From Chloroflexota bacterium (GTDB lineage: Bacteria; Chloroflexota; UBA11872): 64,000 bases of DNA. The position numbers were made by a program, and so were the translations under genes. The stretch is from positions 6,525 to 70,524 of the forward strand of contig JAJDVX010000042.1 of NCBI GenBank assembly GCA_022825895.1, in the 5' to 3' direction. Positions 19,985 through 29,293 of the stretch are shown here, in pieces. Positions within the stretch are counted from its first letter, which is position 1. Each line of letters starts with the position of its first letter. The notes beneath the pieces are model-generated. The model ran no database searches, had not been told where the DNA came from, and saw only the letters and a program-made list of their open reading frames with translations.

Positions 19985-20034
19985 CGGGGAGCCGCTGGCA
20001 GAGTCACGACCGGTAGGGCACGCTGACCGGCACG

Positions 20035-20772
20035 ATGCGGGTCGCAGTCGTTACGGACATTCACGGCAACCGCCACGCCATGTTCGCGGTCCTGGCGGAC
20101 TTACGACGCGTTGGAGCGGACGAGGTCGTGTTTGGCGGCGACGCGGCCTTGTTCGGATCACGGCCACGCGAGTGCTGGGAGCGGGTACTGGACCTGGGCT
20201 GGCGCTGCGTGCAGGGCAATACCGACCGCTACATCGCCGACCTGCCGTCCAAGCTGGCCGCGCTCGGCGATCCCGACGGCGCGCAAGCGAGGTTTCTGCG
20301 AGCCAACGTGGCCTGGGCGGCCGAGCGGCTGGGTCCGGCCCTGGTTCGCAAGCTGGGCGCAATGCCGCGGCAGGTAAGCATCCAGTCGCCGGCCGGCGCC
20401 TTGCTGGTCGTCCACGGCTCGCCCGGCGACGACGAGACCGGCTGGAGCAGCCGCGACGACGAGGCAACCGTGGCTGCCGTAATCGGTCCCACCGAGGCGG
20501 CGGCCGTGGCGAGCGGACACACCCACACCGCCATGATCCGGCACGCCGGCCGCGTGCTGGCCGTGAACTGCGGCGCCGTGGGGCGTTCGCACGACGGACA
20601 ACCCGGCCTGGCGACCTATGCGGTCCTCGACGACGCCGCCGGCCGCTGGTCGGCCGAACTGCGGCGCGTCGACTACGACTTCAGGAGCGCCTACGCCGAG
20701 GTGAAGGCGTTTGGGGTTCCGATTCCCGATGCGTTTGCGAACACCCTGCTAACCGGCATCGCGCCAGACTGA
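20035..20772 (+). CDS. Metallophosphoesterase (calcineurin-like, YfcE/MPP family)
   Basis: 245 aa. MRVAVVTDIHGN...GDAALFG...GNTD...VVHGSPGDD...SGHTHT phosphoesterase motifs I-VI. Confidence 0.8.
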   Translation: MRVAVVTDIHGNRHAMFAVLADLRRVGADEVVFGGDAALFGSRPRECWERVLDLGWRCVQGNTDRYIADLPSKLAALGDPDGAQARFLRANVAWAAERLGPALVRKLGAMPRQVSIQSPAGALLVVHGSPGDDETGWSSRDDEATVAAVIGPTEAAAVASGHTHTAMIRHAGRVLAVNCGAVGRSHDGQPGLATYAVLDDAAGRWSAELRRVDYDFRSAYAEVKAFGVPIPDAFANTLLTGIAPD

Positions 20773-20782
20773 GCGCGCGGGT

Positions 20783-22546
20783 TTGACGCAAGAGACATCC
20801 GCGTCGGGAGGCGCCGCCGGGGAGGCAAGCGCCACGGAAAACGCGGGCTATCCGGCGTTGCGATGGCGCGGGGTCTCCGCCCTGGTCGTCACTTTGGCGC
20901 TGGCTGCCGGGCTCGCCCTCTTTATCGCCCTGATGCGCGAAGGGCGTACGACGCTGAGCGACCTGAGCGCAGCCTGGGCGATTGTGTTCGGGGTCACCTG
21001 TGCGGCCACCATGGGCTGGAACCTGGCGGTCGTGTTGCTGGTGTCGTTCGCGGCGCAGCGCCGGGTGGACGACGTGCTGACCAGCAATCTGTGGACCCAT
21101 TGGCCGCTGCTGGCGCCGGCGACGCTTGCCGTCATGGCGTTTGCCTCGGACGCCGTGAACCACCGCCTGGTCGAGACGGACGATTTGCGCTGGCTGTGGG
21201 CGGCGCCCATTGGCGTGTGGATCGCCGGCCAGGTGCTGTGGCTGCCGCTCAGTCTCGACCAGGTGCGACTCAATCCAGTGCGGGTCGTGCGCGACGCCGT
21301 GGCGGCGCTTGCCGGCGGGCGCTTCACCCGGCTGACGTTCGGTCTGATCCTGGTCCAGTTCGTCCTGCTGCGGCTGGGGCTGGCGCTGTTGTGGCGGCCA
21401 GTCGGACTGTTCGAGCGCGGCAGTGATGTTGGCGCCTACGAGCAGCGCGCCCGACTGGCGCTGCAAGGCTTGCAGCCGTACCTGGACTACTGGGTCGAAT
21501 ACCCACCCTTGTTTCCATGGATGGCTTCGGGCCTGAAGCTGCTGAGCGTGCCGCTGGGCGGCGACGAGGCCGCGTTCCAGATCTTGTTCAGCCTGGTGAT
21601 GGTCGTATTCGAGACCGGAATCCTATGGCTGATCCACGCCATCGCCGTGCGCGTGTGGGACGAGCCGCGTGGGCTGGTTACGGCCGCGGCCTACGCCGCG
21701 CTGTTCTACCCGATCTACATTGCCAACCGGCACTTCGAGTCCATTGCCGTGTTCTTCCTGCTGCTCGGGGTGTACCTGGTGATCCGGGAACGCCGGCACA
21801 CCGCCACGCTGGCCGTCGCGCTGGGCATGTTGACAAAGTTGTTCCCCGCCGCGGCGCTGCCCGGGCTCCTGGCGGGACAGTCGTGGAGATCGCGCATGCG
21901 GTATGCAGGTCTGCTGGTCGCGGCGGTAGTCGGCGCGCTTGCCCCGCTGGCCGTGGTCGGGCGCGAGTTCTTTGTGGCTTCGCTGCAAAATATGCTCCAC
22001 CGGCCGGCCTGGGAAACCCTGTGGGCCCTGGCCGACGGCTACTTTGGATTCGGCTGGATACACCGCTACCGCCAGACGCCGGAAACCGCGCTTGAGTTCA
22101 ACTACACGCCGGATATTCCAGGGGCCGCCTGGTGGGCCGCCGCCGGGCTGGTGGCGGCGCTGTACGCCGGATTGGCCCTGCGACGGTCACCGCCGAGTCC
22201 GGCGGGCGTCGTGTGGACGACGGGACTGGCCCTTGTGGCGTTTAGTCTCTATCTGCGGGGCTGGTCGCCGCAATTCATGGTCTGGCTCTTGCCGTTCGCG
22301 CTGCTGGCCTTTCCTGGTGGGCGCGGTTTTTTGATCGCGACCGGGCTGTCGGGCCTGGCCCTGCTGGAGTACCCGGTGTACTTCGTGTTGTGGTCGTACT
22401 TTCACCCGTGGTCGCTCTGGATCGTCGTCGTTCTGCGAACCCTCGCCGTGCTGGCGCTCGGCGTCGTGTTTGCGCGCCGATTGTGGCTTGAGGGGCGCTC
22501 GGCAACGCACGAATCAGCCGGCGGCTTGGATTCCGCGCATGCGTAG
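20783..22546 (+). CDS. Polytopic membrane protein, DUF2029/GT87-like (probable lipid-linked glycosyltransferase)
   Basis: 587 aa with more than 12 predicted TM helices. Central region resembles the DUF2029/GT-C fold (YPPLFPW..., LTKLFPAAALPGLLAG). Confidence 0.55.
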   Translation: MTQETSASGGAAGEASATENAGYPALRWRGVSALVVTLALAAGLALFIALMREGRTTLSDLSAAWAIVFGVTCAATMGWNLAVVLLVSFAAQRRVDDVLTSNLWTHWPLLAPATLAVMAFASDAVNHRLVETDDLRWLWAAPIGVWIAGQVLWLPLSLDQVRLNPVRVVRDAVAALAGGRFTRLTFGLILVQFVLLRLGLALLWRPVGLFERGSDVGAYEQRARLALQGLQPYLDYWVEYPPLFPWMASGLKLLSVPLGGDEAAFQILFSLVMVVFETGILWLIHAIAVRVWDEPRGLVTAAAYAALFYPIYIANRHFESIAVFFLLLGVYLVIRERRHTATLAVALGMLTKLFPAAALPGLLAGQSWRSRMRYAGLLVAAVVGALAPLAVVGREFFVASLQNMLHRPAWETLWALADGYFGFGWIHRYRQTPETALEFNYTPDIPGAAWWAAAGLVAALYAGLALRRSPPSPAGVVWTTGLALVAFSLYLRGWSPQFMVWLLPFALLAFPGGRGFLIATGLSGLALLEYPVYFVLWSYFHPWSLWIVVVLRTLAVLALGVVFARRLWLEGRSATHESAGGLDSAHA

Positions 22547-24287
22547 GTTCCCCGCCGGCATCTCGCGGCTTCGGCTGGTGCTCGGCGCGCTGGGATGGGC
22601 CAGTCTTGTTGGCATGGCGCTCGCCATGGCGAGTTCTTCGATTGGGCGAGCCGACCTCTCCGCGCCGAGCGCAGCCTGGGCGGCCGCGGCCTTCGGCAGC
22701 CTTGGCGGCGCCATCCTGGTCTGGTTCGCGATGGGCTGGCTTCGACACCGAGCCGGCCACGGGACGGACTGGAGTGGCGCCGGCCTTCCGCTGCTGGCGA
22801 CGCTGGACGGCTGGCTCATCGTGGCGTTTCAGTACGCCCATGAGCCAACCAACCATCTCCTGACCGTTGGCCTGGTGACGCCGGAACTGTTCGCTCGGCC
22901 GTCCGTGACCGAATGGCTGGCCGTCAAGTTTGTCGCCGTAGCCCTTCTGTGGGTTAGCTGGCCGTCGTTGGCCGCGCGCACGCCGCGGCGCGGACGGACG
23001 TCTCCCGTCACGTTCGGGCAGGATTACGGGATTGGCGCGCTGCCGAGCGGTGGGCTGATCGCTATCGCCGCGGTGGGAGCGCTGGCCTACCTGCGGCTGG
23101 CGCTCCTGGATGTCCTGGGCATCGAGGTGCCCTCGGATCTTCGCGTCAACTACATCGGCGCACTGGCGCTGCGAGATGGACTCAACCCCTACGACAACAC
23201 GGTTGCGCTGCAAGTTGCCGGCCGCGAGGCGATTCCCTACGTGGGCACGCGACTCTGGGCGCTGGTGACCAATCCACCGACGGCCATGCTCTACTTTGCG
23301 CCCTACACGACCATGCCGCTGGCGGCCGCACGGCTGGCATTCCTGGCCGTGAACCACCTGGCGCTGCTGGCGACCGCGGCGCTGACCTGGCGAATGGTGC
23401 GGCCGGGACTGCCCGCCCCGGTGTGGTTGGGACTCGTCCTGGGCGTCGTGGCCCTGCTCGATCCATTCTTGCTGGCGTTCCGCCTGGGGCAGGTCGACCT
23501 GGTCATCGGCCTGGCACTGGCGGCGGCGGCCTACCGACTGCGCGGCGGCGACGATGCGTGGGCCGGGGCTCTCATCGGAGTCGCGGCGATGCTGAAAATC
23601 GCGCCGGGTCTGCTGGCCCTCTACCTGCTGTGGCGCGGTCGCTGGAAGGCGCTGGCCGGCCTGGTTGTCGCGGTGGCCGCGCTTGGACTGCTGAGCCTGG
23701 GGCTCGCCGGCCCGGAGACGTGGCGCTATTACCTGACCGATCGGCTGCCCGATCTCCTGGCGGGCAGCGCGCTGTTCAACAATCTCTCGCTGCCAGGACT
23801 GATTCTGCGCGTGTTCATGGGACCCGAACTCGCCCAGGGCTTTCTGGATATGCAGCCCGAGATCGCGGTGTCGCGGATTCTGAGCGTGGTTGCCGTGCTC
23901 GCCGCGCTGGCCGTTGCGGCGAAGGCCCTGGGGCGCTCGGCGCACACCGGACGGGCGTACGTGCTGGAGTTCAGCCTGGCCGTGGTGACCGCGCTGGTGA
24001 TCAGCGGCGTCACCTGGCCGCACTACCTGGCCTGGCTGCTGCCGCTGGTCGGTCTGAGCCTCGCGTTGAGCTGGCCGACTGGCGCCAGCCGCTGGACGGC
24101 GGTCCTGTGCGGAGCCGGGCTGGCGCTGGCCTCGCTGCCGCTGGACGCCTACGGCGGGCTTTTTGGGACTATCTTTGATGTATCCATGACTGCACAATCC
24201 GTCCGCAGCCTGGGACTGCTGATGCTGTTCCTGGGACTGTTGCTGGCCGTACGCGGCGCCCGCCCGGGGTCTGAAAGCACTCCGTGA
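22539..24287 (+). CDS. Polytopic membrane protein, DUF2029/GT87-like (paralogue)
   Basis: Internal ATG at 22539 (MRRFPAGISRL...). Overlaps the upstream gene by 8 nt. DGLNPYD...LKIAPGLLALYLLWRGRW typical of DUF2029/GT87. Confidence 0.55.
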   Translation: MRRFPAGISRLRLVLGALGWASLVGMALAMASSSIGRADLSAPSAAWAAAAFGSLGGAILVWFAMGWLRHRAGHGTDWSGAGLPLLATLDGWLIVAFQYAHEPTNHLLTVGLVTPELFARPSVTEWLAVKFVAVALLWVSWPSLAARTPRRGRTSPVTFGQDYGIGALPSGGLIAIAAVGALAYLRLALLDVLGIEVPSDLRVNYIGALALRDGLNPYDNTVALQVAGREAIPYVGTRLWALVTNPPTAMLYFAPYTTMPLAAARLAFLAVNHLALLATAALTWRMVRPGLPAPVWLGLVLGVVALLDPFLLAFRLGQVDLVIGLALAAAAYRLRGGDDAWAGALIGVAAMLKIAPGLLALYLLWRGRWKALAGLVVAVAALGLLSLGLAGPETWRYYLTDRLPDLLAGSALFNNLSLPGLILRVFMGPELAQGFLDMQPEIAVSRILSVVAVLAALAVAAKALGRSAHTGRAYVLEFSLAVVTALVISGVTWPHYLAWLLPLVGLSLALSWPTGASRWTAVLCGAGLALASLPLDAYGGLFGTIFDVSMTAQSVRSLGLLMLFLGLLLAVRGARPGSESTP

Positions 24288-25132
24288 GAGAGGTCGTTCG
24301 CTCACGCGTACTGTGGGCTGCCATCGGTTCGATCACACTGGCTGTGGTTTTGCTCATCACCGTGGCCCCGGCGCGAGACATCACGCACACCGCGTTGGGC
24401 TGGCTGCGGGTGTCGCCGCTGGAGCTCGATGACGGCGACAGCCAGGCCGACGCAACGGCGCCAACCGAGGCCGCGACGCCGGCGCCGACCCTGGCCGACG
24501 TTGTTGAGATCGTGAGCGTGGATCCGACGACGTCGATCCCCGACGCAACCTCGGCGGACCTCGACGAACTTCCATTTGCGGTCATCGAGATTGATCCACC
24601 GACCACATTCGCGGACGACCCCGCGCGCAGCGTGACGAGATTCGGGACATTGACCCTGGGCCTGGACACGGCCGACCTGGCCGCGGCGCTGGCGCCCGGG
24701 TTTCCCTCGCGACGGCTCGCGCGTCGACTCGGAACGGATGAGATCACGGTCGCTGGCGGCGCCCTGGTGGTGAGCACCTGGCCGGCGAATGGAAGCGACC
24801 CGGGCGCGATAACCCTGTACCAGGTCGAGGCGCCGCTCGTCACCGGTCTTCCGCCGCGCGAATTGGAGCTGCTGGCCGAACTGATCACCCAGGCCTTCCT
24901 CCCGCCGATCATCAGCCGGGAGACCGAGGTGTTGGACATTCCCCTGGTTCGAATGGCGCTGGGACTCGAGATTGACGATGAATCGAGCCCTGCCGAACCG
25001 ACCCTCACGGAGATCCCGAGCGGGGATCCAGCCGTCATGTGGATGCGGGATCGATCGCAACTGGTCCTGACCGGCCCGCTGGCGCCCGAGGATCTGCTGC
25101 AACTGGCCGAGACTGCGAAGGTCCAGCGTTGA
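24284..25132 (+). CDS. Hypothetical membrane-anchored protein (acidic, Pro/Thr-rich)
   Basis: 282 aa. Single N-terminal TM (VLWAAIGSITLAVVLLITVA). Operonic with the ABC-2 exporter genes. Confidence 0.45.
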   Translation: MREVVRSRVLWAAIGSITLAVVLLITVAPARDITHTALGWLRVSPLELDDGDSQADATAPTEAATPAPTLADVVEIVSVDPTTSIPDATSADLDELPFAVIEIDPPTTFADDPARSVTRFGTLTLGLDTADLAAALAPGFPSRRLARRLGTDEITVAGGALVVSTWPANGSDPGAITLYQVEAPLVTGLPPRELELLAELITQAFLPPIISRETEVLDIPLVRMALGLEIDDESSPAEPTLTEIPSGDPAVMWMRDRSQLVLTGPLAPEDLLQLAETAKVQR

Positions 25133-26040
25133 GCCAGCCGGCGGCGATTTACCTGTCCGGCGTCAGCAAGCGCTACGGCGACACGCTGGCCGTCGATGAC
25201 GTCAGCCTGTCGGTTGCGCACGGCGAGGTATTCGGATTCCTCGGTCCCAACGGGGCAGGCAAGAGCACCCTGGTCAAGATGATTCTTGGCCTGACGCATC
25301 CGACCGCGGGAGAAATTGAGGTCCTGGGCCAACCGGTCGGCAGCCTGGCGGCGAGGGCGGAGGTCGGGTACCTGCCCGAGACCTTCCGGTTCCACGACTG
25401 GCTGACAGCGTCCGAGTTGCTGCACTTTCACGCACGGTTGGCGCGCGTGTCCGCTGACGTGCGAAGCCAACGTGCGCGGGAACTGCTGGAACTTGTGGGG
25501 CTGAAGGACCGGGCGAACGACCGGATTTCCACGTTTTCCAAGGGCATGATGCAGCGCGTCGGCCTGGCGCAGGCCCTGGTCGGCGAGCCGCGGCTGGTGA
25601 TCCTGGACGAGCCAACCTCGGCGCTCGATCCGATCGGTCGCCGCGACGTGCGGGACCGAATCCGGGAACTGGGCGAGCACGGCGTGACCGTCTTCCTGAA
25701 CTCCCACCTGCTGTCCGAGGTCGAGCAAGTTTGTGACCGGGTCGCCATCATCGATCACGGCTCGATCGTGGCCGAGGGCAAGCTGGACGAGCTCCTGAAC
25801 GCGCAGGAAATCGAGCTTCGCGCCGGCCAGGGCGCCGAGGCGGCTGCCCGGGAAATACTCGGCGAGGGTGGCGTACGACAGGTCAACGGACGGCTTCGCG
25901 TGCGCGTGGCCAACGATGACGAAATCGCCGGGCTCATCCGCCGCATGGTCGAAACCGGCGTGCCGGTCTACGACGTCCGGCAAATCGGCGACTCACTGGA
26001 AGACCTGTTCGTACGCGTAGCCGAACGGGGCGACGTGTGA
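25129..26040 (+). CDS. ABC transporter ATP-binding protein
   Basis: TTG start overlapping the upstream stop. Walker A GPNGAGKST, signature LSGGM-like FSKGMMQRV, Walker B LVILDEPTSALD. Confidence 0.85.
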   Translation: MSQPAAIYLSGVSKRYGDTLAVDDVSLSVAHGEVFGFLGPNGAGKSTLVKMILGLTHPTAGEIEVLGQPVGSLAARAEVGYLPETFRFHDWLTASELLHFHARLARVSADVRSQRARELLELVGLKDRANDRISTFSKGMMQRVGLAQALVGEPRLVILDEPTSALDPIGRRDVRDRIRELGEHGVTVFLNSHLLSEVEQVCDRVAIIDHGSIVAEGKLDELLNAQEIELRAGQGAEAAAREILGEGGVRQVNGRLRVRVANDDEIAGLIRRMVETGVPVYDVRQIGDSLEDLFVRVAERGDV

Positions 26041-26873
26041 GCGCCCACCTGATCGCGTTCTTCACGCTCCGGGAGGCCCTGCGGCGCCGCGTGGTACTGG
26101 CGGCCGCATTGCTGACGCTCGGCTACCTGGTGCTCTACGGGGTCGGGGTGTGGTTCGGGTACCGCGACCTGCAAGAGACCCAGGGCGGGCCGCCGGGACT
26201 GACTGAAGGCGTCGTAAGCCTGATGCTGGTGGGCGGCTTGTGGAGCCTCAACTTCATCGCCTCGGTGCTCGCCGTCTTTCTCTCCGTAGGCGCCCTGTCG
26301 GGCGAAGTGGACCAGGGCACCCTGCACGCCATTGCCGCCCGACCGGTCCGCCGCAGTGAGATCGTGCTCGGAAAGTTCGTCGGATTCACGTTGATGCTCG
26401 CGGTTTTCATCGGCGTGTCGGCAAGCCTGATGATCCTGATCGTGGCCGTGATCACCGGCGAGATCGTCGGCGGCAGTTGGGCCGGTCCGTTCCTGATGCT
26501 GCTGGCCGCGATGCTGCTGATCGGCCTGGCGCTGGCGGGAAGCTCGCGACTGAGCGCGCTGCCGAATGGCGTGATCGTGTTCACGCTCTATGCCACCGCG
26601 TTGATCGGCGGCGTGATCGAGCAGATCGGCGACGTGCTCGAAAGCGCCGTGATGTTCAACATCGGCGTCTTCAGCAGCGTGCTCGTGCCGACCCGGGCCA
26701 TGTGGGACATGGCCAGCGCCCAACTGGCAACCGGCGGATTCGCCGGCGAACTCAGCGCGGGGCCGTTCGGCGCCAGCAACCCGCCGTCCGGCTGGATGCT
26801 GCTGATCGCCTTTCTTCACCTCGCGCTGACTCTCGGATTCGCCCTGCGAGCCTTTGAGCGCCGCGACTTCTAG
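26037..26873 (+). CDS. ABC-2 family transporter permease
   Basis: 278 aa, about 6 TM helices. Overlaps the ATPase stop. Confidence 0.7.
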   Translation: MSAHLIAFFTLREALRRRVVLAAALLTLGYLVLYGVGVWFGYRDLQETQGGPPGLTEGVVSLMLVGGLWSLNFIASVLAVFLSVGALSGEVDQGTLHAIAARPVRRSEIVLGKFVGFTLMLAVFIGVSASLMILIVAVITGEIVGGSWAGPFLMLLAAMLLIGLALAGSSRLSALPNGVIVFTLYATALIGGVIEQIGDVLESAVMFNIGVFSSVLVPTRAMWDMASAQLATGGFAGELSAGPFGASNPPSGWMLLIAFLHLALTLGFALRAFERRDF

Positions 26874-26918
26874 CGTCGCCTAGAATGCGGCGACGACTCG
26901 CCCGGGCCCCGATCTCCA

Positions 26919-28190
26919 ATGGCAGCTGACCTGCGTATCGCGCTGATCGGGTGTGGAAGTCACGGATCGACCCGCCTGGCGCCGGCGGTCTGGCATACAG
27001 CCGGCGTAGCCCTGAGCGCCTGCGTCGATGTGAACACGGAAGCCGCACGCAAGACGGCCCACGGCGCGGCCGACGTGCTGACCAGCGTCGAAGCCTTGAC
27101 GGCCGAGTCGTACGCCGACGCGGCAGTTATCGCCGTTCCGCACGACGAGTTGGTCCCAACCACGCGGGCCTGCATTGAAGCCGGCCTGCACGTCTTGGTT
27201 GAGAAGCCCGCAGGTCTGAATGCGGCCGAAGTGACCGAAGTCGTTGAGACCGCGCACGCCCGAGACGTGACCTTTATGCCCGCGTACTGCCTGCGCTTCA
27301 ACCAGGTGCGCACCCGCGCACGCAACCTGGTTCAACGTGGCGTGGTCGGCAACATCCGTACCCTGGCAGCCGCCAAGGGCAGCCCACCGCTGCCGGGCTG
27401 GCTGGCCGATCCGGAGCGCGGCGGCGGGCAGTTGCTGTTCCTTGGCTCCCACCTGGTCGACCAATTGCTGTGGTTGCACCGCCAACCGGTCGTTCGCGCC
27501 TACGCTCACATGACGTTTCGCGACGACACCGGCAGCGACGAGTCGATTTCCGGCGTCATCGAGTTCGCCGACGGCGTCAGCGCCACCATCAGCTTGAGCC
27601 AGGCGGCCGGCGTTGCCTACGACCACCTGGAGATCACCGGCGACCGCGGGCGGATCCGTTCCGACTGGAAGACCGGCCAGATCGACGTTGAAAGCTCCAG
27701 CGCTCACGAGTACCGGCTTCCCACCACTGAGTTTGTGCAGTCGGACCTGCTGCAGCCGATGTACGACGCCGAGATGGCGGAATTCGCCGCCGCGGTGCAC
27801 ATGGGCCGCCCGCCCAGCGTGGACGGGCACGATGCCGTCCGCACCCTGCGGGTTCTGGACGCGCTTCGAGAGTCCGCCGCGCGTGGAGCGCCGGTGGCTG
27901 TTGAGGATGAGGTGCACGGCGTCGCCCGACGACTGGCCGACCACGGCCCGGCGCGGATTCGAATCCAGCTCACGTACCCGTCCGATCGCATTCAGGAGCC
28001 GATCCTCTACGAATTAGCGCGCCGCTTTCACTTGAAGTTCAACGTTCGTCGGGCCGACATCGACGCCGGCATCGGCTGGGTTCAGCTGATGTTGGAAGGC
28101 GAACGCTCCGAAATCGAAGCCGCCATCGAATGGGTCGAGGCACAGGGCATTCGCGCCGATCCGGTTGAAGGCGACGTCGTCAGCGGCTGA
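26919..28190 (+). CDS. Gfo/Idh/MocA oxidoreductase fused to a C-terminal NIL domain
   Basis: N-terminal IALIGCGSHG Rossmann region plus Gfo/Idh/MocA C-domain. The last ~80 aa (RIRIQLTYPSDRIQEPILYELARRFHLKFNVRRADIDAGIGWVQLMLEGERSEIEAAIEWVEAQGI) align well with the MetN C-terminal NIL domain. Confidence 0.75.
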   Translation: MAADLRIALIGCGSHGSTRLAPAVWHTAGVALSACVDVNTEAARKTAHGAADVLTSVEALTAESYADAAVIAVPHDELVPTTRACIEAGLHVLVEKPAGLNAAEVTEVVETAHARDVTFMPAYCLRFNQVRTRARNLVQRGVVGNIRTLAAAKGSPPLPGWLADPERGGGQLLFLGSHLVDQLLWLHRQPVVRAYAHMTFRDDTGSDESISGVIEFADGVSATISLSQAAGVAYDHLEITGDRGRIRSDWKTGQIDVESSSAHEYRLPTTEFVQSDLLQPMYDAEMAEFAAAVHMGRPPSVDGHDAVRTLRVLDALRESAARGAPVAVEDEVHGVARRLADHGPARIRIQLTYPSDRIQEPILYELARRFHLKFNVRRADIDAGIGWVQLMLEGERSEIEAAIEWVEAQGIRADPVEGDVVSG

Positions 28191-28195
28191 GCGGC

Positions 28196-29293
28196 CTAGC
28201 TGCCGACGCCCGCGATCCGGCGGTAAAAGGCGGCCGTAGCGTTGGCGACGGCCCGGGTGGTGTAGCGCCGGACCACGTGAGCCCGACCGGCCTGTGCGAG
28301 TTGCTCGCGGCGAGCCCGGTCGGCGCGCAGACCCATGAGAACGTCTGCCAGCGCATGCGCGTCCGCCGGCGGCGTCACCAGGCCAGCCTGGGCGACCACG
28401 TGCGGAAGCTCGCCGCTGGCGGACACGACCGTCGGCACGCCGCAGGCCATGGCCTCAACCGCGGCGCGGCCGAACTGCTCGGTCCAGCCGGGCCGACCCA
28501 CCGTCGGCAGCACAAACACATCCAGGCCGTTGTAGAACGCCGGCATGTCGGCGCTGGGAATCACGCCCTCGAACGCGACGCCCGCCATGGCGGCTGACAT
28601 GCGGCGCAGGTCGGGCTCGGCGGGTCCGGTTCCGGCAAGCCGCAGCGTCACGTCGCCGCCAATGGATCCAACCGCCCGGATCAGGACGTCCACGCCTTTG
28701 GCCTCGACCAGCCGGCCCGCGTAGCCAACCACGAACCGGTCCGGGTCCCGCGGCCGCGAGCGAGGCGCGAACAGCTCCGGATCAACGCCAAATTGCGGGA
28801 TCACCTCGATTCGGCGCGTGTGACCCTTGCGCCGCAGCACATCGCCCGCGGCCTCGCTTCCCACGATGGCGTCGGCCCGCGCAAGCACATAGCGCTCCAG
28901 CCAGCGAAACGGCGGCGGATAGCGCCGGTACAGGTTCTGCCAGGCGAAGAAGACCGGACGAATCCCGTAGCGCTCGGCGTCCCGGCAGGCAATGGCCGTG
29001 GCCAGGTTGTAGGGCTCCTCGTCGATGTGGAGCACGTCCGGGCGAAAGCGGCGCACAATCTGGCGCAGCCGGCGGAACCAGAACAAGTGGTAGCGCCCAT
29101 TCAGGGCCAGCGGGGTGTAGCTGATCTCGTAGCCACGGGGAGGTGGACGCTCGGCAATCTGTGAGCGACCCTGCTCAATCCAGCGGTCCGGCGAGACCGC
29201 CAGCAGGTCCAGATCCGGGTTGGCCCCCAGCGCGCGGAGTTTGTCGTGATGCGCGCCAACAACCAGCGCCTTGGACGCAAGCAGGATTCTCAT
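28196..29293 (-). CDS. Glycosyltransferase family 4
   Basis: Internal start MRILLASKALVVG. GT4 C-domain EGFG-like motif (VLPTVGRPGWTEQFGRAAVEAMACGVPTV). Confidence 0.85.
   Translation of the reverse strand: MRILLASKALVVGAHHDKLRALGANPDLDLLAVSPDRWIEQGRSQIAERPPPRGYEISYTPLALNGRYHLFWFRRLRQIVRRFRPDVLHIDEEPYNLATAIACRDAERYGIRPVFFAWQNLYRRYPPPFRWLERYVLARADAIVGSEAAGDVLRRKGHTRRIEVIPQFGVDPELFAPRSRPRDPDRFVVGYAGRLVEAKGVDVLIRAVGSIGGDVTLRLAGTGPAEPDLRRMSAAMAGVAFEGVIPSADMPAFYNGLDVFVLPTVGRPGWTEQFGRAAVEAMACGVPTVVSASGELPHVVAQAGLVTPPADAHALADVLMGLRADRARREQLAQAGRAHVVRRYTTRAVANATAAFYRRIAGVGS

Noticed and set aside
19950-20786. 278-aa + strand ORF, Arg/Gly-rich
   Set aside because: It is the wrong frame of the metallophosphoesterase gene, which has clear catalytic motifs.
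22275-24305. 676-aa minus-strand ORF
   Set aside because: It is antisense to the two DUF2029-like membrane protein genes. The translation is Arg/Gln/Gly-rich low-complexity.
24169-25983. 604-aa minus-strand ORF
   Set aside because: It is antisense to the hypothetical and ABC ATPase genes. The ATPase has unmistakable Walker motifs on the + strand.
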